Notes under the pieces: model-generated
Told to the model about the DNA's origin: nothing
Database searches by the model: none
What the model saw: only the letters and a program-made list of their open reading frames with translations
Shown: positions 1-11,132 of the stretch, in pieces
Layout of the letters: each line of letters opens with the position of its first letter
Numbering within the stretch: position 1 is the stretch's first letter
Source: Candidatus Heimdallarchaeota archaeon
GTDB lineage: Archaea > Asgardarchaeota > Heimdallarchaeia > JABLTI01
Length of the DNA: 64,000 bases
NCBI GenBank assembly: GCA_018238155.1
Contig: JABCTZ010000037.1
Coordinates: 69,256-133,255 of the forward strand
Reading direction: 5' to 3'
Made by a program: the position numbers and the translations under genes

Positions 1-1
1 A

Positions 2-576
2 CAAGAAGATATTAAATATGCAATTAAGGCATTAATCAATCAATGTATAGCTGAAAAGGGCAAAATTGGAATAACATGGATGAATTTTGGTGGTTACAAT
101 TATTGGTTTCAAATAACAATAGCATTAAGTGAATTTGTCAATACAATAGTCAAAAAGGTGATCAAGGTTATGATATTCACAAGATACTTTGGATTAAATA
201 CGAAATTTGGTGCAAAGACGTCCAATGTCATGGATATAAAAACGATAACATAAATCAATTTGTGGTTTCATCTATAACTTTTCTTACTTTAAGAGGTTCA
301 AGACTTTGGAGTGGCACTGGTAAAAGATATGCTGCTCACATAGAGTTCGGCTATACAACAACTTTTCCCGTGAGTGCAGATACAGCTGATATCATACCAT
401 TTAGTGCACTTGGAACCTCATGGACATCTGTTGAACAAGGTTGGGGAATATTCTATAACTACTGTATATATGGACATTACTCATTAAGAGTGTCTTTAGC
501 AATACATAGAAAGCAAGCTAGTTTATGGATAACAAAAGCTGTAGCAATCAGTTTTGCTCAGTTCTATGTCTTCTAG
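2..576 (+). pseudogene. 3' end of an unknown gene entering from the left edge, apparently frameshifted near 120-135
   Basis: Frame 2 is open 2-252 (QEDIKYAIKALINQC...GGYNYWFQ) and frame 1 is open 133-576 (ICQYNSQKGDQGY...FAQFYVF*). No recognisable motif. Confidence 0.35.
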
Positions 577-579
577 TAC

Positions 580-2265
580 TCAAGGGGAATCTCTTATTGA
601 GATTTTACTTTTTTTCATTGATACTAAGCCGTCATTTATTATTTTGCCATCATTAATTTCTATTGCTCTATGATTTTCTTGAAGTAAGGATAAATCATGT
701 GTAGCAATTATTAAAGTGATTTCTATTGCCTTATGGAATTCAACAAGTTTGTTAATTGTTTCTTTAGCTAAATCATAATCCAGATTTGCAGTTGGTTCAT
801 CAAGGAATAAGATTTTGGGATTCCTATATGCAGCTATAGCTAAACTCGCTCTCTGTAATTCCCCACCAGAAACCTCTAACGGAAATGATTCTTGTCTATG
901 AGCGATTTTATATCTACTTAATAGCTCATCTATTTTTTGTTTTGTGTTGTTGTCATTGTTCTTATCTTTCAGAAAAATGTCTTTGATATAAAAATTCTCC
1001 TTTACTGTGAGGTGCGGGTGTAAATTTCCTTGTTGAGCAATTAATCCAAAATTTCTCAACCTGAAATCTGCTTTTTGAGCATCAGATAATACTGAGAAAT
1101 CAGTACCAAGTATTTCAATAGAACCACTTGAACTTGGTTCTAATCCTGTCATGACTTTCAGAAGCGTTGTCTTACCTGAACCACTTGGTCCTAAGATGAA
1201 TAATAGTTCACCTTCAAAAACTTTCAAGCTAATACTGTTTAAAACTTTGATTTTGCCATCACTAATTTCGTAGCTTTTGTTAACATTTTTGAGATGTATG
1301 ACTAATTCTTTTCCCTTTTTGTATTTACTTGGGATTTTTTTCAAATCTAGTTTCTTAGGCACTGTAATTGGTTTAGGAGGGATTATTTTTTCAGGAGAAA
1401 TGCTTTTAGGATTCTTGATTGTTATTTCACTATTTTCAGATACTTCATATTCAACATCAGTCTCAAGTTTTAACGCATCATAAATTAAATCTGGAATTCT
1501 TGCACTTCTCGTTGAATCAATATGACTTTTTAGATGCAAGGGAAAAGTACTTTGTGCTTTTCTTTCTTCTTCATTTAATATTACAGAAATTCTACCATTT
1601 CTTATCTCACAGGTTTTGCTAAATTCATCGAGAAAACGAAGATCATGTGTTACTACTAAAATAGTTGTTTTGAATTCTTTTGAAACTTCCAATAAAAGTT
1701 TCTTAACTTTTTCAGTATTATCACTATCTAATTGTCCTGTAGGTTCATCGCACAGAATTACTGGTGTTTTTTTAGCTAAAGCACATGCTATTGCAACTCG
1801 AGTCATTTCACCACCAGATAGTGTTTTCACTATTCTATTTTTCAAATGCTCTATCCCTAATTTCTCAAGTATTTGATTTATTCGAGAAATTAAGCTCGAC
1901 ACGAATCCAAATCTTAACATTTGATAAAATTGCACGTTGTCGATAACTGATATATTTAAAAAGAGGTTTCTTTCAGGAAATTGATCTACATTACTGATCA
2001 TATTTAATCTATAAGCATTTTTTTCTTCTAAAGACATTTTCTCAAGATTATAACCTGCAACTTCAACAAATCCACTAGTTATCGTTTCAAGTCCTGATAA
2101 GATATTTATAAGAGTAGTTTTTCCAGACCCACTAGGACCCACTATTGAGATAATCTCCCCTTCTGTGATATTTAGATCAGTTCCACGCAATGCTGGAATT
2201 TTGATTTTTCTGTCATTATCAATATAGATTTTTATCAAATCTCGACATACTATCATTTTCATCAT
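580..2265 (-). CDS. LolD/MacB-type ABC transporter ATPase with two NBDs and an AbrB-like linker
   Basis: Two Walker A motifs (GPSGSGKTT), signatures LSGGE and VSGGE, Walker B ILCDEPT and LFLDEPT, H-loops. Start placed at ATG 2265, which overlaps the upstream stop (ATGA). Confidence 0.9.
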   Translation of the reverse strand: MMKMIVCRDLIKIYIDNDRKIKIPALRGTDLNITEGEIISIVGPSGSGKTTLINILSGLETITSGFVEVAGYNLEKMSLEEKNAYRLNMISNVDQFPERNLFLNISVIDNVQFYQMLRFGFVSSLISRINQILEKLGIEHLKNRIVKTLSGGEMTRVAIACALAKKTPVILCDEPTGQLDSDNTEKVKKLLLEVSKEFKTTILVVTHDLRFLDEFSKTCEIRNGRISVILNEEERKAQSTFPLHLKSHIDSTRSARIPDLIYDALKLETDVEYEVSENSEITIKNPKSISPEKIIPPKPITVPKKLDLKKIPSKYKKGKELVIHLKNVNKSYEISDGKIKVLNSISLKVFEGELLFILGPSGSGKTTLLKVMTGLEPSSSGSIEILGTDFSVLSDAQKADFRLRNFGLIAQQGNLHPHLTVKENFYIKDIFLKDKNNDNNTKQKIDELLSRYKIAHRQESFPLEVSGGELQRASLAIAAYRNPKILFLDEPTANLDYDLAKETINKLVEFHKAIEITLIIATHDLSLLQENHRAIEINDGKIINDGLVSMKKSKISIRDSP

Positions 2266-5195
2266 TCCTGTTTTTCTGGGTGATAATTTTTTATTACATG
2301 AATCAGATTTGTTATCCAACTACTATAGACGGCTATAAATTCAAGCCCAAAAGTTAAAACGTAAATCCATATTGGTGTGAATAATTCGAATTTTTTGAAA
2401 ACTGGATATTGAATTATGAACATATTCTCAATCAAATTTATTATTGGAAAGCTTATTAGAACTGACATTAGCAATGGTACAAATGAAATAAAAAATAACT
2501 CAGAAGCAAAACCTAATCCCAAAAGCTTCTTGCTTACTCCAGTCTGATATTCGATTTCAATAATTTTATTTCTACTGCTTAATATCATACTTGATGTTGT
2601 GTATCCATATAAAAGTAGTAATAATATGGTAAAAATTGTTGTCAGTATTAAGATAAAATTTGTGAATTTGAAACTGCTCAAAACATTACTATAATTATAA
2701 TCTGCATTAGATAAGGCTGTAATATCATAATCTCGGCTTAAAATTAATTGAACATTACGAATTGAGTTTTGATCCTTTGTTTTTATTAATAGTAGATTTG
2801 ATTTTGTTATTTTAGTATTTTTTGCATTAAATTCTACTTGCGAAGCTGTCTTAGTATTTGTAACTAAGCTGAATGTAATATCAGTGTTAAATAATGGATA
2901 ATAAGTATCCTGTAATTGTATCAAAGGAAAATACTGAAAACTTCCTACAAATGTTAATGGAAATTCGTTAAATACATCACAGAAATGTGAGTTGAAAAGA
3001 ACACTATCTTCATCGAAATTATTCTTTGAAGCATATTCAGTATTCATCAAGTATGTATTATCTATTACTAGCTCTTGAATTTCTTCTTCTGAAATAATTT
3101 CCTTTTCAAATTTTTCATAATTGATTATTTTGCTAAAATTTATTGGATCCTTGATTGCAAGAATATTTACAACGATTTTTTTTGAAATAAAGTGGTCATC
3201 GTCATTATATTCGAGTTTATACGTAGTTACCTCTGTTGTTAATTCTACATTAGGAATATTTTCAATTCCCTCAAATATTGTTGTATTGAAATTCCAATCT
3301 GGAATTATTATGTCCGCAAACCCTGACTGCAAATTTGCTTCAATTATTACATGGTTATTTAATGAAGTTTGAAAAGTTAATCCAGGGATGATGCAGATAC
3401 CAGACATTAAAATAATAGTAATTAATTGTCTATAATTAATGCTATCGCTTGCCAAATTTTTCAATGAAAGCGAAATTGGGTTTCGCTTAATTTTCCAGAG
3501 CATTTTACTGAAGAACGTAGTAAAAATAATGAGTACTCTTGATAGTAAATAACTTAGAGAAAATGTAACCAATATGATTCCAATAAAAAATAAGCTTGTT
3601 GAAGTAACTAGCGTTGTTTGTAATATTGCTTGAGTTTCGTTAAATGCTGTATCAGGTAAACCTACAAATAATAATCCAATGACTCCAAATCCGAATATAA
3701 ACAAACCAGGAATAATTGTAATTAATTCTTCTATAGAAACTAATTTCTTGAATATTCGTTTCCGTAAATTCTGATGCTGCTGTGATATAACGATTGATGA
3801 TTTGTTTAGAATTCTAACTTCGGATAAATAACCACTTGAGAAAAAAAGTATTGAATATATCAAGAGTGAATAAAATAACAATGGTTTAAAGATACCACCT
3901 AGAAATGCGATGAAATTTACATTATGACCAAATGATATGAGTGAAAATGCACTTAATATTACTCCAAGAACAATACCAATCAGTAAACAAGCTCCACTTA
4001 GAATAAGATTCTCTAGTAGTAAAATTTTTCGTATATTTTTGCCTTCTAGTCCTTGTTTCTTGAATAATTTGAATGTTGAATTGAGAAAATTTTTCTCTAA
4101 ACTAAATATTGCCATAGAAAAATAAATCAAAATTGAAATTAGAGGAATAGCTAATGCAAAATTACGAACCGTATCTCTTAACCAAATACTGTTGAACTCT
4201 ATTAAGAAATCTAAGATATCAGTATTCCAACTAAACGATTGTGAATAAACTAAATTTTGATTTCCATATAAATCTGATAATGTCATGTGCCAATAAGAAC
4301 GTGTTTTCTCAAATTTAGTGATATATGAAGGTATTTTACTAAATTTAATTGCTGTACTATCATAGATAAAGTCAATTGCTATGCCAATTATAGTTGCTAT
4401 TTCAGGATAACTATTTACAATATCAAAAAAATAATCCTCTGTGGTAAATAATTTATGATTTGTATAAAAACTGTCAAAATTCTCTGAATCAATATATTTT
4501 TCCCAACTTAAAATGTCAGATGATCGATTTGCTTCAACAAATGCTTTCTCTAAATTTTCGACAATACCAACAATAGTAAAATTCTGTTTATAATCTGGTT
4601 GATTTCTTATCGCATATAAAGAAACAATATCATTTATTTGAAACTGATTTGAATTTGCTCCTGCTTTATAATATATAATCTCTGAATAATTTGTTGGAAA
4701 TCTCCCTTCAGCAATATTTGAAGCAACCAATTGAAATTCTATTTCACCAAATCCTGTTAACCCAAAGTATGGATTTGAAGTGCCCTCTTGGAAAAGTTGT
4801 ATATTTAGAGAGCTTGAAGTCAATCCCTCAACAGCTAATCCCGGGATTATATGGTCGAATTTGTTCTCAATTTCATTTGATACTTTGCTGAGGAGATTAC
4901 TCTGAAAGTCAGGTTTTAAATTACCAGTGAATTGACAACTATAAGCTCCAATCCTTTGATCACTTGCCCAATTACTATTCTCATTAACATGATTTGAAAA
5001 GGAATTGATCTGATAAACATTCCAAGTCATTAGAAATGCACTAATAAATATGAATATGAGAGATCCAACAACTAAGTTGAAAATGATTCTCTTTTTATTT
5101 ATCTGGAGGAAGAATTTAGCAAATGGTCTGATTTGAATATTCCTTTTTATAGGATATTTCCTTCTGTTATTATTTTCCATTTCTTTATTTGCCAT
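2262..5195 (-). CDS. FtsX/MacB-like ABC transporter permease (two extracellular domains, about 10 TM)
   Basis: N-terminal TM, 'EGRFPTNYSEII' and 'FTIVGIV' extracellular motifs, two FtsX-like TM clusters, coupled to the ATPase. Confidence 0.8.
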   Translation of the reverse strand: MANKEMENNNRRKYPIKRNIQIRPFAKFFLQINKKRIIFNLVVGSLIFIFISAFLMTWNVYQINSFSNHVNENSNWASDQRIGAYSCQFTGNLKPDFQSNLLSKVSNEIENKFDHIIPGLAVEGLTSSSLNIQLFQEGTSNPYFGLTGFGEIEFQLVASNIAEGRFPTNYSEIIYYKAGANSNQFQINDIVSLYAIRNQPDYKQNFTIVGIVENLEKAFVEANRSSDILSWEKYIDSENFDSFYTNHKLFTTEDYFFDIVNSYPEIATIIGIAIDFIYDSTAIKFSKIPSYITKFEKTRSYWHMTLSDLYGNQNLVYSQSFSWNTDILDFLIEFNSIWLRDTVRNFALAIPLISILIYFSMAIFSLEKNFLNSTFKLFKKQGLEGKNIRKILLLENLILSGACLLIGIVLGVILSAFSLISFGHNVNFIAFLGGIFKPLLFYSLLIYSILFFSSGYLSEVRILNKSSIVISQQHQNLRKRIFKKLVSIEELITIIPGLFIFGFGVIGLLFVGLPDTAFNETQAILQTTLVTSTSLFFIGIILVTFSLSYLLSRVLIIFTTFFSKMLWKIKRNPISLSLKNLASDSINYRQLITIILMSGICIIPGLTFQTSLNNHVIIEANLQSGFADIIIPDWNFNTTIFEGIENIPNVELTTEVTTYKLEYNDDDHFISKKIVVNILAIKDPINFSKIINYEKFEKEIISEEEIQELVIDNTYLMNTEYASKNNFDEDSVLFNSHFCDVFNEFPLTFVGSFQYFPLIQLQDTYYPLFNTDITFSLVTNTKTASQVEFNAKNTKITKSNLLLIKTKDQNSIRNVQLILSRDYDITALSNADYNYSNVLSSFKFTNFILILTTIFTILLLLLYGYTTSSMILSSRNKIIEIEYQTGVSKKLLGLGFASELFFISFVPLLMSVLISFPIINLIENMFIIQYPVFKKFELFTPIWIYVLTFGLEFIAVYSSWITNLIHVIKNYHPEKQE

Positions 5196-5200
5196 TGATA

Positions 5201-8107
5201 TTACTCCTCTTTAACAGCTCTATATTTGTTTAATTTATACCGAATACCTACAATCCATCCTATCATAACAAGTATTTCAATTGGAATCATCATTATAATA
5301 ATTAGATACCACGGTGTCCAAAGGTTGAAACTGTTGTAAATCTCCTGTAGGTCAATAATCAATTTAGATAAAAGTAGAAAGAACAACTGACCATTAATTA
5401 CAGATAATAGTACAGGTATAATTGTAATTATGAAAATTTCAAAGGTTAGATTTCTCCTAATTAATTCTCTACTTAAACCAGTTCTATATTCATATTCAAT
5501 TATAGGTTTGCGTTTTGAGTATACATTTTCTGATAAAATATATCCAAGTAAAATCATAATGATTGAAGATAAGATAGTGCTTGCCTTTAGAAAATTGACT
5601 TCAAGAACATCTACACTTTGGTACAAGGTTCTTGATACTTCGTTAAAATTTTGATATTCAATTTTATAGATGTCTTGTAAAGTTCTGCAAATATCAGAAA
5701 TATATGAATTTTCTTCTACTTTGATTAGAAGATTCTCAGATTTAGAATATATTGGATTTATATTGATTTCATTGAACATTTCCGCTGTTGAGTTTCCAGT
5801 TACTATTGAGTAAGCAATGTATTCTTCAGAACCAAAAGTATCATCATAACTTGTTGGTATTAATGGAAAGTATTCAAAGTAGTCAATGTATTCTAATGAA
5901 AAAATCTTTGTTACTTTTCCAAAAATGGTTGTATACATTTTGTTATCTTTATTGTATCTCCTTGTTTTCGCTTGATCTTTTTCAATCATAAATGTCAAAT
6001 TATTTTCTAAAAGAATAATATCATCTAATGTATAGCTAACTGAACCCAATTTCATATAATCAATTACTTGAGCAAATTGTTGTGGATTTTCTAATACAGT
6101 TAAATCTACTACTACTGTTATTGGATAGAGATTTTCTATCAGCGTTTATTATTCTCCATAATAATGTGAAACCACTGTTGATTTATCGATACCATTGATA
6201 TTTTCAATTTCTACTTGGGAGTAATTATAGGAACCCCAATTAGGAATTAAAATATCAGCGCAACCAATTGATAAGTTGCTCTCTAAAACGATATGTTTTT
6301 CAATCGATGTACCAATGAAAATACCAGGTATAAATGCAATACTGATCAATGCGAGGATCATTGCGAATTTTTCATAATGCTTTTTGTTTATTTGAATGGA
6401 TTTCAATGCAAGTGTTATATTTGATTTCCTTTCAAGCCATTTTTTTTCTCCAAAAGATACATAAATGAGAATTACTGCTTTTAAGATGAACAGTAATAAA
6501 ACAGATGTAGCTATTACAATTCCAATATATAAGACAACCCAACCTATTATTGCTATCAGATTTTGAATCAATGAATAGCTTCCAATATCTAAATCTCTTA
6601 CTGGAATAATTCTTACAATTATTATACCAGGTGTAATAAGCAGTGTACCTAAACCTATTAACAGAAGTTCCATAAACGAGAAGATTTTTCTAAATTTAAA
6701 CTTACTTTTTAAGTCTTTATCTTTTGGATTGGCAGTTTGTATCCTTCTAGCAATAGTTAATTCCATTACAATGCTTATAAGAATTAAACAAAATAAAATG
6801 GTAATCAAAATTATTATAATAAATGATTCTCCTAAACCAGAAATGTAGTTATTTAATGAAATACCATATTCATAATTTATTACAAATAAATATCCAAAAA
6901 TGATTCCAAATATTATCCCAAAAAACGAACTATTTACTGCAACAAGTAAATTCTTTACTAATAAAGTATTGTTTATTTTGGAGTTTTCTATCCCTGACAT
7001 TTTCATCTTTTTTATATTTGATTCTAATTGAGGTTCACCTATCTTATACATCTCAATACTGATTAGAAAGATTGGAAATATAATTGGCAAGCAAATAATG
7101 AATGACTTTAGGGTTTCTTGAATCCAATAAATATTAAAGTTTGCCAGTAAAGCAAATAAATCCTCACCAAGAGAAATCTCAACCTCAGGGTCAATCATTA
7201 ATTGAAAATTAGAGCCTATTTGTTTTTGATAGTTATTTAGATATAATGATAATTTCCTGATGTTTATTTGCTCGGAATTGTAGTTAAAATCTACCATAAC
7301 AGCTCTTCCATTATTCAATATTGGAAAATTGTTCAAAATATCAAAATAGAATGTTTGACTTGTGATAAAACTTTCTTGACTAGAAAACATATATCTATAG
7401 TTTTCAATATAATTTCTCCAATTAAACAAATCTTGAGAATAACCATTTTCAGCTACTGAATATGCAAGGTTTTTTACAATTCCAACTATTGAAAGATTTT
7501 GTGAATAAGTTTCTCCCTCAGTTGTAGTTTGAAAAATGATTTTATCATTAATTTCTCTAATAATCGTATCATCTCTTATACAGTAAATAATTTCAGAGCT
7601 ATTTTCAGGCATTCTTCCTTTAATCAAGTTATTTGATAAAATTTCTGTCAAATTATCATTCATAGTTAAAAATTCACATTTTGTTATTTCAGTTGAGTTA
7701 TCTTTGAAATATATTTCTGAGCTCATTAAAGCTGATACATTATTATTAGCAATCTCTGTGATGATCTCATTATAAGAATCCATTGCTTGAATAACAAATC
7801 GATCTAGATAATCTTCTGCATAATTCGGAACGAAATTGATTTCTATTGTACTATAATATGAGCTAATTTTTTGATTGTTATTCCAATTGCCAGATTTAGT
7901 AAGAAAAGAATCGAATTCGTAATATTGATTTGAATACCAAATTAGAAGAAATGAGGTCAATATAGAGACAATTAATGTAAAGCAAATAAAAATAATAATT
8001 AATCTGTTTTTGTTGCTTTTAAGAAAAATCTTTAACAAATACTTTATTCTAATCTGAGAAAATGTAGTTGTTAAACTAGCAAATGAATTCTTCTCCAAAT
8101 AATTCAC
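5201..8107 (-). pseudogene. Second FtsX-like ABC permease, split by tandem in-frame TAA TAA at 6146-6151
   Basis: ORFs 6149-8107 and 5201-6055 are in the same frame. The bridge after the stops (TLIENLYPITVVVDLTVLENPQQFAQVIDY) aligns with the paralog's KKIVVNILAIKDPINFSKIINY. Confidence 0.75.
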
Positions 8108-8283
8108 TTTCCACTGATTTCCTTAAAACTAAATAGTACTAAGATGTGTTTAAAGTCTTCTGTTTATTCTGAATCTTTGAGTAATTACATTAGATTAAGA
8201 AAAAGAAATGCGAAGGAATATTTTTCATCGTATGATGTTTTCATTTGAATCTATGGGAGGATAAGTAAGCAAGGTGATTTAAT

Positions 8284-8430
8284 ATGAAGACACATGTCTT
8301 TCACTTACAATTCAGCAACAGAAAAGTTGTCAAAGGGATTAATGACAAATTGAGAATCATTTACGTAAGATGGTATCTCAAGCTCTTGATTTATGCCTCT
8401 ATGATTAATAAGATTTCACATGATATTTAG
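8284..8430 (+). CDS. possible 48-aa small protein
   Basis: AAGGTGAT SD-like motif upstream of ATG. Reads MKTHVFHLQFSNRKVVKG...KISHDI*. No motif recognised. Confidence 0.2.
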   Translation: MKTHVFHLQFSNRKVVKGINDKLRIIYVRWYLKLLIYASMINKISHDI

Positions 8431-8749
8431 TGAACAACGAGTGTTGTATTTACTTTGTAAAGAGACTTTAATACCTCTTTTTATGTAAAAAAGTCCAATT
8501 TTCAAATCTTTCACCTTTTTATAGCAATTGACTTTCGCTATCTATAATATTATCACCAGAATAATATTTATTTCTTCTCTTCATTTTTTCCTCTTTTTGC
8601 CTACTTTGGAACCCTTCCGAAAGTTTCTGTTCACTTAGTATATTTTCTCTCTCCTCCTAACTAATAGTATTTCAGTTGAAAGAAATAACCACATTTTTAG
8701 ATTTCTTTACATAGACATAAAACATCACAGTGGAATTAATTTTAACTTT

Positions 8750-10138
8750 CTATTTGCTGTTGATTTCACCTGAAACAAGAGCACTCGTTCGAGTGGTTCC
8801 TCCACCACCATCAACTTTAGCGGGTTGCCACTTCCCACAATGACCATTCCCCATTTCTAGTCTCCAATCATTTGCCACGGCATCAATTGACTTTAGCACT
8901 TCGAATGCATTTCCTGTTACGGTTACATTCTTCACGAGTCCACCGATTTCACCATTCTTTATTTCATAAGTTTCTGGCATGGAAAACATAAATTCTGCAG
9001 TGCTATCTGCTTGTCCTCCACCTGGACTTACTAGATAATAACCAAATTTTATTCCCTCAAAGAGCTCTTCTTTCTTGAAATCACCTGGTTCTAGGTAAGT
9101 ATTCCTCATTCTAATAAGTGGTTCGTGATTATATTCAAACGCACGTTCGTTTCCAGTCGGTTCCACACCAAAATGATGTGCAGAGAAACGACTATGCAAA
9201 AATGATTTCATTATCCCTTTCTCAATGATAACCGTTTTCTGTGGTTTTACTCCTGCATCATCTACTGGTAACCAACCTGAAGCATAATCTTGTTCTCCAG
9301 TATCTACCATTGTCACAAGTTCACTGGCAACTTTTTTACCGATGGTACCTTTTGCAGCACTTCCAGACATAACAAAATCGCTCTCAACTGTATGACCAAT
9401 TGCTTCATGTGAGATTATCCCCACTACTTTTGGATCCATTACTACGGTGTGTTTTCCTCCTTTTGCAAGAGGAGCATCAAGTAATTTCGTTGATATTCTA
9501 ACAGCATTTTCAACCATTTTCTCAGGGGGTGAAATTTCAAATAGTTCCCAACCACCACATAATCCTCGAGCATCCATAAATGGCATCATTTTCCCTGCAT
9601 CGTGTGCTATTGCTTGAACGTAAAAGTCATGTTTACTATCGAACACTTCAGCATTTGATCCATCAGAATTCATAACTATTCTATGATTTTGATATTCTCG
9701 TAAAAAGATCAGTGAGCCTTTGATTTTCTTATCCGCTTTCAGAACTAGTTGGTCTGTATCAGCAACAAGTTTTACTCGTTCTTCTATACTATGATTAACT
9801 AATGGGTCTTTCCCCAAAGATTTGAAAACACCTATTACAGGTTTGATTGGTGCTAACTCAATCTTTTCTTTCATGCTTGGAGCTAGATTTCTGGCAGCAG
9901 CAATCGCATCATTTAGCGTTCTCTTTACTGTAGATTTGTCTAATTTACTGGTGCTCGCAAAACCCCAGGCGCCATCCACCAGAACGCGTATTCCTATACC
10001 AGCAAAATCATCAACAATTGCTTTCTGAAGTTTCCCTTTATTAGAGCGCACTTCAATTTTTTTTCTTTGATGATATCTTGCTTCTACATGAACGCCATCT
10101 GATCGTTTATCTATTACTGATTGTAGTAAGTCTTTCAA
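8750..10138 (-). CDS. tldD: TldD/PmbA family metalloprotease (TldD subunit)
   Basis: GIGIRVLVDGAWGFAS, HEAIGHTVESD (HExxGH), RMRNTYLEPG, C-terminal CGK-Q-V-GG. TTG start. Confidence 0.92.
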   Translation of the reverse strand: MKDLLQSVIDKRSDGVHVEARYHQRKKIEVRSNKGKLQKAIVDDFAGIGIRVLVDGAWGFASTSKLDKSTVKRTLNDAIAAARNLAPSMKEKIELAPIKPVIGVFKSLGKDPLVNHSIEERVKLVADTDQLVLKADKKIKGSLIFLREYQNHRIVMNSDGSNAEVFDSKHDFYVQAIAHDAGKMMPFMDARGLCGGWELFEISPPEKMVENAVRISTKLLDAPLAKGGKHTVVMDPKVVGIISHEAIGHTVESDFVMSGSAAKGTIGKKVASELVTMVDTGEQDYASGWLPVDDAGVKPQKTVIIEKGIMKSFLHSRFSAHHFGVEPTGNERAFEYNHEPLIRMRNTYLEPGDFKKEELFEGIKFGYYLVSPGGGQADSTAEFMFSMPETYEIKNGEIGGLVKNVTVTGNAFEVLKSIDAVANDWRLEMGNGHCGKWQPAKVDGGGGTTRTSALVSGEINSK

Positions 10139-10301
10139 TAAAAAACACCGTTTGGATTAATTCTGTTATTTTAATAGAAAACTACTATATACAAGTATAA
10201 TATTTTTTGGTTATCTTATAGAATTAGAACTGTAACTATATTACAAATAGCAAAAAATAATCAGCAGAAGAAATTGATGTGAGTAGAATTAATATATTCT
10301 A

Positions 10302-10556
10302 CTAATGCTTTCTTCTTTTGTCCGCTTTGTGGATAACACTGTAATCTTTTATTTCATATTGTTTTATTGCAACCATATTTTCTCCACAGGAGACACAGAG
10401 AACGTTATTTGATTCATTTAAAGTTTTACAGTTTGGGCATTCAATTTGCTTTTCTTTGGGAATGGTTGTTTTGTGTTTAGCTAAACTTTCTTCTATTAAC
10501 TCTTTATCTCTTCTTTCATGTTTTTGTGCTTCATCTATTGGCATAATATGTATCAA
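10302..10556 (-). CDS. small zinc-ribbon protein with basic C-terminal tail
   Basis: CPNC-x10-CVSCG. AGGAGG lies 8 nt before the TTG. Paralog of 11133-11453. Confidence 0.7.
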   Translation of the reverse strand: MIHIMPIDEAQKHERRDKELIEESLAKHKTTIPKEKQIECPNCKTLNESNNVLCVSCGENMVAIKQYEIKDYSVIHKADKRRKH

Positions 10557-10643
10557 ACATTTTTCCTCCTAGTATAAATTGTTCAAATGTATATTTAAGC
10601 ATAAGTGAATAGTGGTTTAAAAAATAAAAATAAGGAGAGATAA

Positions 10644-10956
10644 CTATTGATGTTTGCTTCTCTTCCGTGTCCCTCGCATTCCACTGAAATCATAGGGTTT
10701 GATATTTAATATTGAATAAAATTTATCCCGCAAGATGAACACGTAACACTATTTGGTTCATTGAGGTTTTGATATTTAGGACAGACAATTTTGTGCCCTC
10801 CAGTTTGATCCGTTATCAGAGCTTTTTGGGAGTCTATCTACAATTTACTCATAATTTGTGTCCCTTCCGAAGAAATTTTCCACAATGTGGACATTTTACA
10901 GCTTGAATAATCCCTTTATCAAGAGAAGCGAGTTTCCAATTAATTAATCGTTCCAT
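10644..10956 (-). pseudogene. degraded double zinc-ribbon paralog
   Basis: Reads MERLINW...KCPHCGKFLRKGHKL*VNC, frameshift, KIVCPKYQNLNEPNSVTCSSCGINFIQY*, frameshift, NIKPYDFSGMRGTRKRSKHQ*. Collinear with 11133-11453. Confidence 0.8.
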
Positions 10957-11132
10957 ATCTATTTCCATTTTAATTTTGAGTGAAGCTGTATTCAAAGTTG
11001 AGCAATCAAAATGAATTTTTTTTATGAAATCGTTTATTTGGATTCTTGGAAGCATTTTGGAACAAAAGAAAATTATTTAAAATTAAGTAAATATAAAAAA
11101 GGAGAAATCAAAGAGAAAAACCTCAATGATAC

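Noticed and set aside
8581-8634. 17-aa basic micro-ORF on the minus strand (GTG-NRNFRKGSKVGKKRKK), eL41-like in composition
   Set aside because: The SD is about 16 nt away, there is no eL41 motif, and purine-rich DNA readily gives K/R-rich peptides.
10860-10868. In-frame TGA at a Cys position (codon 10849-10851) as possible selenocysteine
   Set aside because: The same gene has frameshifts and another stop, so decay is the simpler explanation. No SECIS was identified.
10849-11055. 68-aa ORF in the track
   Set aside because: Only its 3' half is the start of the zinc-ribbon pseudogene (10644-10956). The 5' extension is non-coding.
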